Shown piece by piece: positions 15,238-30,197 of a stretch of 64,000 nt of DNA. The notes under the pieces are model-generated. The model was given only the letters and a program-made list of their open reading frames with translations. It did not search any database and had not been told where the DNA came from. The position numbers were made by a program, and so were the translations under genes. The stretch spans positions 10,354,001 to 10,418,000 of the forward strand of contig OX597836.1 of NCBI GenBank assembly GCA_951406725.2. Direction: 5' to 3'. How positions within the stretch are numbered: the stretch's first letter is position 1; every line of letters starts with the position of its first letter. The DNA comes from Octopus vulgaris (lineage: Eukaryota).

Positions 15238-15646
15238 CAGGGCCGGATTAAGACCCACCAGAGGCCCTAAGCACTTAAAAGATTTTGGTACCCCATATAT
15301 ATATATATATGTAATTCAAAATATAAGCAATAATAAACCATAGAATAAATTTTATTCTTCAAAATGAAACAAAACTAACAGCAAGATGGAAAAATAATGT
15401 TTATCTTTTGTATACTTCCACTTAATTTATATTTGAAAAAATTTATCTTTCTCTTTTTTTTTAATTGCAAAGTCATTGATCAGATCCTCATTAAGGCATC
15501 ATTTAACACTTGAAATTATATTTCCGATCATATAAACCGCTTCGAATATTATTTTAAAGTGATTTCTTTTGTACCGTAAACAATTTATCATTTCCCGTGA
15601 TGCCCCGAGCATGTGTTTATTTTGCTTAATGGTTCATCCAGCGCTG
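15238..15646. mobile_element. hAT-like MITE
   Basis: Imperfect TIR CAGGGCCGGATTAA / TTCATCCAGCGCTG, AT-rich interior, inserted in (TATG)n. Confidence 0.55.
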
Positions 15647-16269
15647 TATGTATGTATGTATGTATGTATTAAGTATGTATGTTTGTATGTATGTATGTGT
15701 GTGTGTGTGTATGTATGTATATATGTATGTATGTATGTATTAAGTATGTATGTATGTATGTATGTATGTATGCACATATACGAGGAATATGTTTATTTAA
15801 TTTAGTGATTTTTAGAATGATATTTGTTATAATATATTTAAACTCTTTCTATAGTTAATATCTTTCACTGTTAATTCAATTACTTAATAGAGGTTTTGTC
15901 TCTTAATTATATACATATATACATATATATCATGTTCTTAAGAATGAAATCAACTTCTCTGTGTATATATCTACCCTCTTTATAATGTTGGCAAATGAAA
16001 TAGAGATAAGAATGATTGGAAAATTTCTATAAGTGGCTGAAGATTGCTCGACATTTTAAAACTGATGTAATACTAACAGTGTTTAATCAAATGAAGTAGC
16101 ATGAAACAATTGTACCACTCTACATCGGATATACTTGTTGCTTATTTTGATTATAATCACCCCATTTGATTTATATGGATAATACCATACAACATTCTGG
16201 TGCCTTTGACTTAAGTACCATATTCATCTGAATCTAAATTTTACACACACATATATGTATATAGAAATC

Positions 16270-16708
16270 GAAATTGAACCAGTCCTATGACTGGCATCCG
16301 GCAGATGCCAGGACCCCTGGACTGGTGGTACGTAAAAAGCACTATCCAAATCGTGGCCGATGCCAGCGCCGCCCCGACTGGCTTCCGTGCCGGTGGCACG
16401 TAAAAAGCACCATCCGAATCGTGGCCGAAGCCAGTGCCGTTTCGACTGGCTTCCGTGCCGGTGGCACGTAAAATGCACCAATCCGACCGTGGCCGTTTGC
16501 CAGCCTCGCCTGGCACCTGTGCAGGTGGCACGTAAAAAGCACCCACTACACTAACGGAGTGGTTGGCGTTAGGAAGGGCATCCGGCTGTAGAAACATTGC
16601 CAGATAAGACTGGAGCCTGGTGCAGCCTTCTGGTTTCCCAGATCCCCGGTCGAACCGTCCAACCCATGCTAGCATGGCGAACGGACGTTAAACGATGATG
16701 ATGATGAT
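16270..16708 (+). mobile_element. 3' end of an RTE-like LINE/SINE with ~68-bp internal tandem repeats and a (GAT)n tail
   Basis: ggcacgtaaaaagcac-type units at 16327, 16395, 16463, 16527; terminal ggttggcgttaggaagggcatcc...ggacgttaaacgatgatgatgatg. Confidence 0.6.
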
Positions 16709-16726
16709 ATATATATATACACACAC

Positions 16727-16939
16727 ATGGGGGTGTTCAAAAGTTCCTGGCTTTGGGTAAAAGAAAATACAGGAGGATCAGTCAATTATGATTTTACTCA
16801 ACATATTCAGAGTCACACACATATCGCAACGGTCCTCGAGGTTTTCTAAGGCCTGTAAAAAAAGCTGGGAAAGTTGGGACCTCCAGCCAGGCCTTTCGCG
16901 ACACCCTTCAACCCAGGAACTTTTCAATACCCCTTCGTA
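16727..16939. mobile_element. Tc1/mariner-derived MITE
   Basis: TIR gggggtgttcaaaagttcctgg / ccaggaacttttcaatacccct(t)cgta; related partial copy at 44207-44340. Confidence 0.65.
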
Positions 16940-17006
16940 TGTACCTGTATATACGCAAATACACGCAGGACACTTGAACACAGAGAGTGAGAGAGGGAGA
17001 GTGAGA

Positions 17007-17041
<35 letters not shown>

Positions 17042-17228
17042 TGTGAGTGAGAGGGAGAAACGTACACACATTCAGTGAATCAAATAACTTTGTTATTCAA
17101 CGTGATGCACTTTTACTGGAGCGGAGAGTTTTCATTAGAAACTTAATTGGATAGCAGGGGTGGGGAATAGTTTTGGGTGTGGTACACACATACACACACG
17201 TAAGTAAATACATATATATATATATATT

Positions 17229-17287
<59 letters not shown>

Positions 17288-17574
17288 GTGTGTGTGTGTG
17301 TGTATACATATATATACCCACACATATACATATTCATATATTCATATATATATATATGTATATATTTACATACATGCATATACCTGTATATATCTGTGTG
17401 TATCTGGCTATCTATCTATCTGTCTGTCTGTCTGTCTGTGTGTGTATGTATATATGTATGTAATGTATGTATGTATATAGGTATGTATATTCATGTGGGT
17501 TACTGCCATTTTCTGCTCTTGGTATACATACGTACGTAGGTACATACATACATACATACATGCACATACATACA

Positions 17575-17606
<32 letters not shown>

Positions 17607-17929
17607 CACATGCACTCGTGCTCACACGCACACACACACGCACGCACTCACAGGCGTAACTTAATCCAGAAACCAATACAATTATACGCACAATAAAATG
17701 AAAGCAGTAAAGTGTCCATATACATATATACACGCATGCAAACATATATACGAGTGTGCACACACATACACACACACACACACCATTATTCTCGGTCAGG
17801 GGCCGAAGACTATGTGCTCGGAATACATTGCCAGATTAACATTCTGCGTTTTTATTATTGTTTATATAATTGGATAATTGGAACAAGGTACGCCATCTCG
17901 TGTTTGAAATGTTTTCCTATTAAAGCTAA

Positions 17930-18415
17930 CATACATACATACATACATACATGCATACATACATACATGCATACATACATACATACATACATACATACAT
18001 ACATACATACATACATGCATGCATGCATACATACATACATGCATACATACATACATGCATACATACATACATGCATACATGCATACATACATGCATGCAT
18101 ACATACATGCATGCATACATACATACATACATACATACATACATGCATACATACATACATACATACATACATACATGCATGCATGCATACATACATACAT
18201 GCATACATACATACATGCATACATACATACATGCATACATGCATACATACATACATGCATACATGCATACATACATGCATACATACATACATACATACAT
18301 ACATACATACATACATGCATACATACATACATACATACATACATACATGCATGCATGCATACATACATACATACATACATACATACATGCATACATGCAT
18401 ACATACATACATACA

Positions 18416-18446
<31 letters not shown>

Positions 18447-18516
18447 TTATATATATATATATATATATATACGTATATATACATACATCTATCTATCTAT
18501 ATATATATTTGTATGG

Positions 18517-18581
<65 letters not shown>

Positions 18582-18595
18582 TATATAGATATATA
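17930..18595. repeat. (ATAC/ATGC)n and (TA)n microsatellite
   Basis: Directly visible. Confidence 0.95.
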
Positions 18596-18835
18596 TACCA
18601 GAGTAATCAAATAAATGCGAAACAAGGTGGAAAAATAATACTCGAATACAAGAGGTAGAGCCAATAAGCTCTATTAAAAAGCAGCAAAATTATCACAAAA
18701 CCTGTTACTCAGAGTTTCACGTTCGTCCGACAGATTTTGTGATATTTTTGCTGCTTTTTAATAAAGCATATTGCTCTACCTCTGGTATTCGAGTACTTTT
18801 TTCTACCTTGTTTCGCATTTATTTGATTACTCTGG

Positions 18836-18837
<2 letters not shown>
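18596..18837. mobile_element. ~240-bp foldback element (H3) with a hammerhead remnant in the central loop
   Basis: TACCAGAGTAATCAAATAAATGCGAAACAAGG... and ...CCTTGTTTCGCATTTATTTGATTACTCTGGTA are ~100-bp inverted arms; the loop on the minus strand reads ctgtCGGACGAacgtGAAACTCTGAGTAacag. Confidence 0.75.
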
Positions 18838-18871
<34 letters not shown>

Positions 18872-18935
18872 CACGCACACACTTAAAATGGATTATGTAT
18901 CTATGTATATGCATATATATATATGCGTATGTATG

Positions 18936-18993
<58 letters not shown>

Positions 18994-18997
<4 letters not shown>

Positions 18998-19148
18998 GGA
19001 GTAAACACATAAATGTGAAACAAGGTGGAAAAAAGAGTACTCAAATACCAAGGGTAGAGTAATATGCTTTATTTAAAAGCAGCAGAAATTCAACAAAACC
19101 TGTTACTCGGAGTTTCACGTTCCCGTTCGTCGGGCAGTTTTAAATAAA

Positions 19149-19150
<2 letters not shown>
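18994..19150 (-). mobile_element. Second H3 copy (one arm plus a better preserved hammerhead)
   Basis: Minus strand 19137-19100: ctgc-CCGACGA-acg-ggaa-cgt-GAAA-ctc-c-gag-TA-acag; the arm is homologous to 18596-18700; flanked by (TA)n. Confidence 0.65.
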
Positions 19151-19200
<50 letters not shown>

Positions 19201-19214
19201 TCTTTTTACTCACT

Positions 19215-19416
19215 TTTACTCTTTTACTTGTTTCAGCCATTTGACTGCGGCCATGCTGGAGCACCGCCTTTAGTCGAGCAAATCGTCTCCGGGACTTATT
19301 CTTTGTAAGCCCAGTACTTATTCTATCGGTCTCTTTTGCCGAACCGCTATGTGACGGGGACGTAAACACACCAGCATCGGTTGTCAAGCAATGCTAGGGG
19401 GACAAACACAGACGCA

Positions 19417-19478
<62 letters not shown>

Positions 19479-19667
19479 TATATACATATATATATATACA
19501 TATATATACGACAGGCTTCTTTCAGTTTCCGTCTACCAAATCCACTCACAAGGCATTGGTCGGCCCGGGGCTATGGCAGAAGACACTTGCCCAAGATGCC
19601 ACGCAGTGGGACTGAACTCGGAACCATGTGGTTGGTTAGCAAGCTACTTACCACACGGCCACTCCTG
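19215..19667 (-). mobile_element. tRNA-derived SINE family B, full-length, with internal microsatellite
   Basis: A/B-box-like head (tggccgtgtggtaag...gagttcagtccc), body, internal (CA)n/(TA)n, 3' part ending ggctgaaacaagtaaaagag; many copies in the window. Confidence 0.8.
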
Positions 19668-21769
19668 TATATATATATGGAGTCAAACTGGGCGAGGACA
19701 TGCGCGCACCTCTCCTCTGTGTCCGTCCGCAAATAGGAGCTGACAGTTTTTCCCTTGCAACCACCGTCCCCCTCCTCCCACCGGCACCCTTGCTCGTCCT
19801 TCATCATTGCCTTGTTTACAACAAGCAACACGGCGTTCTGTTTATTTATATATCATTAATACAGACGCACATACACGCATGTGTGTGTGTGTGTGCGTGT
19901 GTGCGTGTGTGTGTGAAATGCTCATATGTACACACACACACCACTATACCTACTAGATACATATATACATACATATATACAATACACATATATGTATATA
20001 TATATACATACCCTCTTACCTATGTTTATCCATATGCATGTTCTAGTGTATGTGTGTGTGAGTGTGTATATATATGTGTGTGTATGTATATATATATATA
20101 TACATATATATATATCTAGAAGCCAATAATATATATATTATAAAAGCTGATGTATATATGTATACATGTATACATATGTATATGCCTATATGTGTGTGCG
20201 TGTGTGCATATATATATATACTTATACATACATATATCTATGTGTGTGTGTGTGTGTGTGATTTCGTGTGTCAGAAGCAATGAAGCCCGAAATGATAGAT
20301 CAAAGCCAGCAAGGGGTAGAGTTCATTGCCCCATCACCATTGGCACTGCCCTCCCTCCCTCCGCCCACCCCATTCCCCAAACCCTCCCCTCTACCGTAGC
20401 TATTTTAAATGTTCCACATTGAAGGCCTCTCCTAAAGTCTAAACCACATAAACGCTTGTCTTCGGTTCTCTCCCCCACTTCACCAAATCCGTGACGTCTT
20501 CCACGATTTTGCTGTTGTTGTTCTTTTTCTTTTTCTTTTTCTTCCTTTTTCTTCTACTTCTTCATCATCCTCCCCCTCCTCCTCCTTATTCCAGTCCTTG
20601 TCAATGTTGTCCTTGCTTTTTTCCTTTTCCCTTTTTCCTTCTCTCCCCTTTGTTCCCCCTTGTCTTCCCCCTCGTCCTTCTCCACGTCGTCGTAGTTCTC
20701 CTCCTCCTTTCCTCCTCCTTCTCCTGTTTTTCTCCTCTTCCGTCTCCTCCTCTCCTTCTCTTCCTCCTTCTTCTCCTCCTCCTTCTGCTCTCCTTCTCCT
20801 CCTCCTCCTTCTCTTCCTCCTTCTTTTCCTCCTCCTTCTGCTCTCCTTCTGCTCTCCTTATCCTCCTCCTCATCATCATCGTCGTCACCCTCATGTTCTT
20901 CGTCATCTTTTTGATATTCTCCTCCCCCCCCTTTCGTCCACTTCCTCTTCCCCCTCCTCCTTTAGTCTGTCCTTTTGTTTTCCTCCCTCCCCACCCCCTT
21001 TGCCCTTCACTGTCTCGCAATGTCGTCTGTCTGCTGTCAGCAACAATAAGACATCGGTCCAGAATGGTTTTATCACTTCCAGTCTTCCATAATTTAGTCG
21101 TTACTATCATCATGTCCTGTCTTATTAACAAGGTGGTCGGTCACTCGACCGGCTAAAAATAGCAGCAAGTCTCCCTCAAATCACGCTCCTATTTAGTTAC
21201 TGTTTTTCTGTATAGGTACACTGGGCACTTTCCCGGGCTCTCACGAGTCTAGGGGCCAAATAGTAAACTATATATGCTGTGGCCTGTTGTGAATAAATAC
21301 TATAGTGCCTCGTGCACCAATTGTGGAGGCGCGTGGTTCAGTGGTTAGAGTGTTGGACTCATGATCGTAGGATTGTGGTTTCGATTCCTGGACCGGGCGA
21401 CGCGTTGTGATCTGGAGCAAAACACTTCATTTCACATTGCTCCAGTCCAATCAGTTGACCAGAATCCTTCGATAGATTGGCGTCCCGTCTAGATAGGGAA
21501 CATATAAGCCCTGGAAAATTCAACTTAACTTAATACACTAATTTACCTGATCCTTGGGGCTTCATGGATCTAAGGGGCCCAATTCTGATCTATGTGTTGT
21601 GACTTGCTGTCAAATATCATAAGGGCCCAGTGCAGTGGTTTGCCAGAGGACCTTTCATGTTGCTAAGGCGACCATGCTCTTACTGCCTGGTTTCAGAAAA
21701 GCATAAGATACATGGGAATTCCTAGCTGTGCGGTAGTAGCTGTAGTGGTGGTCGTAGTAGTAGTGGTGT

Positions 21770-21800
<31 letters not shown>

Positions 21801-22033
21801 GTGGGCGCATGCGCTGTAACAGCTCTTCATTGATTCCACCATTTTAAAGGTGATTTCCTCCTCCAGGCAGATGATACCTTAGACCACGGGTTGCTGGTGA
21901 GGGTTTTACGAGGTCGGAGTGAAAATCCTAACTCAAGCCTTTTTAGTCAGTTGCTCAAGGGCCACGCAGTAGGACCGAACCCCGGAACCATGTCGTTGGG
22001 AAACAAGCTTCTTACCACGCAGCCACTCCTGCG

Positions 22034-22076
<43 letters not shown>

Positions 22077-22086
22077 CATTCAAAAC

Positions 22087-22290
22087 GTGACCGCGTGTGT
22101 ACCGTTGGCGATTTTTTCCCTCCGTCTTCCCTTCCTTGGATCTTTCCTTTTCCTATGTTTCTGACGAAGAGCCTCTGCTCGAAACGTTAAACCCTCCTTC
22201 TTCCTTTCCTTTCCTGAGCGTCCAATAACACTATACTTGTTCCACGTCCTCGCGTTGTTGTGTTTTCTCTTTGTGTTTTCATGTTTGGAT

Positions 22291-22295
<5 letters not shown>
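22087..22295 (+). mobile_element. Hammerhead-bearing short element, family H1
   Basis: gtttCTGACGA-a-gagc-ctct-gctc-GAAACGTT-aaac at 22157-22192; followed by (TA)n. Confidence 0.72.
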
Positions 22296-22346
<51 letters not shown>

Positions 22347-22354
22347 CATGCAAA

Positions 22355-22390
<36 letters not shown>

Positions 22391-22568
22391 GGCCCTTCTC
22401 ACCATCCGGTTGGATATTGTGTCTCCGCTGTAAAACAAGTGGTGAACAGAGGAGTATAAACAACAAGAAACAACGAATACATCTCCAGCATGGACACCGT
22501 AAATACCTTCACCTCCCAACCTTCCCTTCCGCCTTCTTCTCCTTCTCCTCCCTCTACAGCACTACGTA

Positions 22569-22650
<82 letters not shown>

Positions 22651-22789
22651 GACAATGGATCGTGATCTTCGGTGTGTTTACTTTGAAAACTCTTTGCCCC
22701 AGAACCACAGCAGGGGCTGGCATGCTATGTAATGCGTGTGTATATATATATGTATGTATAATGTATGTATATTCACCCATATATATATG

Positions 22790-22864
<75 letters not shown>

Positions 22865-23068
22865 GTATATATACACATATACGTATATATGCATATACAT
22901 GCATATATACCTATACGTGTGGTTGTGAGTGCGTGTGTGTGTGTGTGTGTAAGCAGTGGTTCCCCTCCTGTACTCGGGTCGGTGGTTGAGAGGTAAGTTA
23001 CCTTGCTAATTGGTGTCTAGTGGAGCCACTCACCTGAACAGGTAAGCAGCAAGCGGTATGTGTGTGGT

Positions 23069-23100
<32 letters not shown>

Positions 23101-24375
23101 ACACACACACAACTACACACTCACAGACATATGTATACAGAAGTAAACTCGCGTTAATACAGGCACAGGCGAGTGGTTACTAACGTCATTTGGCAAAACA
23201 TACATCCCTGGGTTCGATCCCGTTGTACAGCATGCAGTATCTTTTTACAAGTATCTTTTTACCATAGCATGAAGTTACCTTAAACCTTGTGAAGGAAATT
23301 GTGTGGTCGCAAACTGTGTAGAGGCCCATCGGGTGAATTGTACCTGTAATCCAAAGTGCTAGGTCTGTCACATTCTGTATCACGTTGAGTTTGGGACGGA
23401 ATTAAATTTAAGAGTTCTGTGTTTGCGGAATGAGTAATTAATCAAACTGATGAAGGAAGTAGACTACTCATCCTCGTGATCGACGGAGATCCATCAATTT
23501 TCTCGAATATATAGTTCTATCTTTTTTTTTTGTTTAGAAATATTTTTAAAAAAAATTTAAAAACTAGTGGAAGGTGTCTATAACTACCAAAAGCTTTCCT
23601 AATGTTTAACTCTCACGTAAACAGAACCAGACAAGCCCCACATCACCTAAATAACAACAACAACAACAGCAACAACAATAGCAACAGCAATACGAATTCT
23701 CACCGACGAATTCTTTGAGAATCTTTTTGAAGAACCATCAGTTCAAAGGCGTAAATATATAAATAAATAAATAACAGAAACACCCAGAATTCAATCAGTA
23801 AACATCAGCCTAAAGTCTATAAACACAGATAGTCACTATTTATACGTTTCCACGAAATAACAACAACAACAGGGCTATCAATAACAGCCAAACGTACCTT
23901 AACCTATCGTAATATACAAGTTTGTATTTTTACGTCTGGAAGATAAAAAGATTTTGTTGTTGTTCTTTGTACGTTTTCCTGCCATAACTTCCATAAGGTG
24001 TTTTTACCTCAGAGGAAGCTGTTAAATTAAGGTAAAAGAAATGCTGTTACGAAATACGCACTTTATCTTTTTTTATCTTGTAACATTTCACTTGTTTTAA
24101 GTCGCTGGAATGCGGCCATGCTGGGGCACCGCCTTGAAGAATTTTTAGGCGAATGAATCGACGCTGCTGCTTATTTTTAAAGTCTGGTAATTTTTTCCGT
24201 CGGTTTTCTTTGGCCGAGCCGCTGCGTTACTGGGACGTAAATGAACCGACACCAGGTGTCAAGCGGCTGTGAGGGACAAACATAACAAAACGCAAAGGCG
24301 CCCACGCGCGCGTGGACACATCCTTTCTGTCTCCCTCACACACACATACATACATATACATTCATCCATTCATCC

Positions 24376-24448
<73 letters not shown>

Positions 24449-24825
24449 AATTAACGCATTTCCACCCTTTACTCAGTATTTTTCCTACGTACATATATAT
24501 GTTTGTGTGCGCATGCTTACACAAACATATATATACACACATATATAAACATGTGTGAAGGCTGGAAGTGAGAATTCACGGAGCAATTACTTTCAACAAG
24601 AGGCGCAGCTGTGCAAGCGTTGTGACGTGATACTGATGATGATGATAATGATGATGGTGATGATGATGGTGATGATGATGAAGGGCGACGCCACTCCACT
24701 CTTCCAGCGCCGACATATCCCATCATGCCTTGCAAAATATACACATTTACATACAGATATTTTTTTTTCTTTTATATTTCTCCGTATTTAATTATGTATT
24801 CATTAGAACTTGCGCTTGCAACCAA

Positions 24826-24867
<42 letters not shown>

Positions 24868-24885
24868 AAGAAGAAGAAGAAGAAG

Positions 24886-24918
<33 letters not shown>

Positions 24919-25021
24919 TTCAACGCTAAATAAATACACTTAAAAAAATCTCAAATATAAAGTAAATTAAAATACATAGATTACAATAATAATAATAGTA
25001 ATAATAATAATGATAATAATG

Positions 25022-25055
<34 letters not shown>

Positions 25056-25081
25056 TAATAATAATAATAATAATAATAATA

Positions 25082-25140
<59 letters not shown>

Positions 25141-25554
25141 AATAACAACAGCAGAAAAGCAAACAAAATGGAAACGAGCGACAATTGTTGTGATTAAATT
25201 TTCCCGTGTGTTTTATGTTATTTTAACCGTCGGAGGAGTTTCAGGGAGGAGAGAGAGAGACGAGTTGACCTGAGTCGTGGCAGAGCTCGGCCCGGCCAGG
25301 GGCCTGCTGACAGCTCCACACAATTTACCGGTGTTGAGGTACCCCTGTATCGGGAGAGGGGGGTACTTCATCATCATCATCATCATCATCAACATTATTA
25401 TTGTCGTCGTCGTCATCATCATCATCGCCATGTTTGTATACTGTATCACTTACTAATCATTTCAGCCCATGTAAATCTGGTTGTAAAGTGGTGGTGCGGA
25501 GGTGAGGATGGGCGAAGTGCTGTAAGACAGAAACACAAAGCCACACTCTCTTAC

Positions 25555-25910
25555 AGGCACACACACACATACATATATAAACGCATGCGTACATACATAC
25601 AATCATACAAACGTACATACATACATACATACATGCATAAACGCATGCATACATACATACATACATGCATACATACATACATACATGCAATCATACGTAT
25701 ATGAACGAACGCGTACATACATACATACACACACATACATGCACATATATACATACATACATACATACATACATACATACATACATACATACATAAATAC
25801 ATACGCGCATACGTACATACATACATACAAACATACATACATATATACATACATGCATACATATATAAACGCACGCATACATACATATATAAACGCATGC
25901 ATGCATACAC

Positions 25911-25943
<33 letters not shown>

Positions 25944-26392
25944 CATACATACAAGCATGCATACATACATACATACGCACATACATACATACACACATAC
26001 ATACATACATACATACATATATACATACATACACGCATGCATACATACATACATACGCACATACATACATACATATATACACGCATGCGTACATACATAC
26101 AAAAATACATACATACATACACGCATGCATACATACATATATAAACGCATGCATGCAAGATACATATATAAATATATACGCGCATACGTACATACATACA
26201 AACATACATACCTATATACATACATACATATATAAACGCACGCATACACACATACACGCATGCATACATATATAAACGCATGCATGCATACATACATACA
26301 TACATATATACATACATACACGCATGCATACATACATATATAAACGCATGCATGCATACATACATATCTATATATACATAAATACATACGTA
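25555..26392. repeat. Degenerate (ATAC)n microsatellite
   Basis: Directly visible; similar arrays at 27500-28000, 30790-31340 and others. Confidence 0.9.
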
Positions 26393-27712
26393 CTTTCAAT
26401 CAAAATTTCATCAAATTTTACGTTCTAAACACCAAATTAGTAACGGTTTCAAATTTTGGTACAGGGCCAACAGTTCTTGAGGGAAAGGGGAAGTCGATTA
26501 TATTGACTCTAGTATTTGTGTGGTACTTATTTTATCGACCCCGAATGAAGGGCAAATTCGACTTCGGCCGAATGTGAACTTGAACGTAAAGACGGGCGAA
26601 ATCTACTTAGCGTTTTGCTCGGCATTCTAACGAATCTGCTAGATCGATACCTTGAAATAATTATCATACGGTTCCTACTATCGTGCAGAGGTTGGCGATC
26701 AATACACCAGCTTAATAACCCTTTAAACTAAAGAAAGGCACAAGGCCTGAGATTTTGGAGGAGGGACTAGTCAATTACATCGACCTCAGTATTTCACTGG
26801 TACTTAATTTATTGACCCCGAAAGGAGGAAAGATAATGTCGACCTTAGCGGAATTTGAACAATTTGAACAATTTGAACAATGTAGCGGCAAACGAAATAT
26901 CTATTTCTTTATTACCCACAAGGGGCTAAACACAGAGGGGACAAACAAGGACAGACAAACGGATTAAGTCGATTGCATCGACCCCAGTGCGTCAATGGTA
27001 CTTATTTAATCGACCCCGAAAGGATGAAAGGCAGAGTCGACCTCGCGACTTTGCCTTTCATCCCAACCACAAGGTTCCTTCCCAACTTCCTTCCCAAACA
27101 CATGGTTCCGGGTTCAGTCCCACTACGTGGCACCTTGGGCAAGTGTCTTTTACTATAACCTCGGGTCGACCAAAACCTTGTGAGTAGATTTGGTAGACGG
27201 AAACTGAAAGAAGCCTGACGTGTATTTATCTATATATATATGTCTGTGTCTTTGTATTCGTTCCCCCACCATCGTTTGGCAACCAATGTTGCGTTTATGT
27301 CGCCGAAACTTAGCGGTTCGGCAAAAGAGACCGATAGAATAAGTACTAGACTTGCAAAGAATAAGTCCTGGGGTCGATTTGTTTTTACTAAACTCGATGC
27401 TCCAGCACGACGGAAACGTGTAAAAGAGTATATATATATATATATATATATGCAGGGGTGTGTGGGTATATATTCAGAGATATACTCCACTCAGACACAT
27501 ATACACACAAGTATACACATACATACAAACATACATACATACGTATATACACACACATACATACATGCATAAATACATACATACATACATACATACATGC
27601 ATACATACACATACATACATACATAGATACATACATACAAACATACATACATACATACATATACGCGTACATACATACATACATACATACATACATACAC
27701 ACACACACATCA

Positions 27713-27746
<34 letters not shown>

Positions 27747-27748
27747 CA

Positions 27749-27779
<31 letters not shown>

Positions 27780-27806
27780 GCACACATACATACATACATA
27801 CATACA

Positions 27807-27837
<31 letters not shown>

Positions 27838-27962
27838 TGAACGCGAAACCTACACTAACCAACCACACAACCCTGCACGCCCACTTGGATATTATGATGG
27901 CTAAAAGAGATATTTGTACATATACATACATACATACATACATACATACATACATACATACA

Positions 27963-27996
<34 letters not shown>

Positions 27997-28262
27997 CGTA
28001 GAGGACGAGTGTTAACGAGACATAAAATAGGGACAAGCCAGTCCCGGCTACTTATCCCTGGGAAGAGAGCATGTGTTGAATGACATGTCATTATGTTAAT
28101 AACTAACACTTAGGTGCCTTCATATTAAAATGCATTTTGGACGCAGTTTGGAGAGAGAGACTGTGTAACCGCATACTTCTAAATAAGCTTCCTCGTGTAT
28201 TTAAATTGCTACGATTGTGTTTGTGCGAAGGCTATGTGGGTATACGTGTGCAGGAATATATA

Positions 28263-28312
<50 letters not shown>

Positions 28313-28362
28313 TATATTATATATTATGTGTGTGTATGTATATGCACAAACATATATATGCA

Positions 28363-28408
<46 letters not shown>

Positions 28409-28527
28409 TATATAGGTGTATGGATATATGTTTGTATATGAATGTATGTATGTATATGCGTGTGTGTGTGTCTCTCTCTCTCTGTCTCTCTCTCTCTATA
28501 TATATATATAAATATATATACACTTAT

Positions 28528-28559
<32 letters not shown>

Positions 28560-28705
28560 GTATACATACACACGTTTGAGGATTATATGAATATTGTGTG
28601 TATGCCTATTTGCATACCTTTATGTACATATACTAAGTAGATATACACACATATATATACACATACATAAACACATACATACATACATACATACATACAT
28701 AATAC

Positions 28706-28754
<49 letters not shown>

Positions 28755-29422
28755 TCACGCAGGCATATATAGAAATATATTCATACACACACGCACACAA
28801 TTATGTATGTGTATGCTCACATACACACACATGCACACATACATACACGCACACACACACACGTAGTAAGTTTTATTCAGATATGGTAATTTCCAAATTT
28901 ATTCGTTGATATCTTCGGTGCTTTCCGCAGCATTTATGGGGCGTACATGCACCCCTGGAATGCTTGATATAATTCTAAAATAACTTTCGAAGATCCGGTT
29001 TCTTCCCAGAAAGAAAAAGAATATTTTTTTATCATCCACACTAAAGTCACTTTTCAGAAATTTATGCAACATTGAAACCTTATACATGGCCATTTTCCAT
29101 AATATTAATTCATGCTACCAGACTTAAGAGTTAAACGTTTTTAGTACATGGCTGTATGTAAGTATACATACATATATAGGCGCAGGAGTGGTTGTGTAGT
29201 ACGTAGCTTGCTTGCCAACCACATGGTTTCGGGTTCAGTTCCACCGAGTGGCACCTTGGCCGAGTGTCTTCTACTATAGCCTCGGGCCGACCAAAGCCTT
29301 GTGAGTGGATTTGGTAGACGAGAACTGAAAGAAACCCGTTAAATATAAGTCACTTGACCCTTTTACCTCCCCTACTGTCCTTCTCGCGTCTGACCACTCT
29401 CCGAAGTCAGGACGCCATGATA

Positions 29423-29609
29423 GATCGTTAGCTCCTACACGCATTTTTTTCTCTCCTTGCTTTTTTTCTGCGTATCTTTCTGTCGAAGAGCGTAGGCTCG
29501 AAACGTAAAAAGACTTTTTCTATTTCTATTCCTGAGCGCTATACTAATACATTTGTTTGTTTGTACTCCACCTGCCTTCGTCTTTTGTTTATTTTCGTAA
29601 ACCTTCCCG

Positions 29610-29612
<3 letters not shown>
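29423..29612 (+). mobile_element. Hammerhead-like short element, family H2
   Basis: tctttCTGTCGAagagcgtaggctcGAAACGTAaaaag at ~29475-29512; ends cccgt(TA)n like the 5268 copy. Confidence 0.6.
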
Positions 29613-29660
<48 letters not shown>

Positions 29661-30000
29661 AAGGCGGACAAGAGAAACAACAAATAGAAGAACAGGCAGA
29701 AAAAGACGGGTCATTCGTGGCTTTCTTTCCTCAGTCAAGTTCCAAAAGTCACGACCATTTCGGGCAATTACGCTTGAGATGGTATGATCTGGTTGCCCCC
29801 ACCCCCCAAAAAAGCCAAGAGTCCCCCTCACCATCGCTTGACAACCGATGCTGGTGTGTTTATGTCCCAGTAACTTAGCAAAAGAGGCAGAAAGAATAAA
29901 TGCGGTGTTCCAGCATGGCCGTAGTCAAATGCCTGAAGCAAGTAAAAGAAAAAAGAACAAAAAAAAACATATATATATATATATATATATATTCATATAT

Positions 30001-30197
30001 GTGACCGCATGTTGCATGTTGGCGATTTTTTTCCTCTGTCTTCCCTTCTCTGGATCTTTCCTTTTCCTATGTTTCCGACGAAGAGCTCCGCTCGAAACGT
30101 TAAACCCTCCTTCTCGTCCTTCCTGAACGTCCAATAATACTATATTTGTTCCACGTCCTCGCGTTGTTGTGTTTTCTCTTTGTGTTTTCATGTTTGG

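Noticed and set aside
16327-16545. Regularly spaced ggcacgtaaaaagcac repeats, CRISPR-like
   Set aside because: Spacers are homologous to each other, the context is eukaryotic, there are no cas genes, and it is part of a retroelement 3' end.
21064-21132. MVLSLPVFHNLVVTIIMSCLINK as RSPO signal exon
   Set aside because: The following GT is phase 0 and weak, whereas the Fu1 exon needs phase 1; it also runs into repeat-like sequence.
20491-21156. 221-aa hydrophobic ORF and its antisense Glu/Arg-rich ORF
   Set aside because: Low-complexity CT-rich tract with no domain signal.
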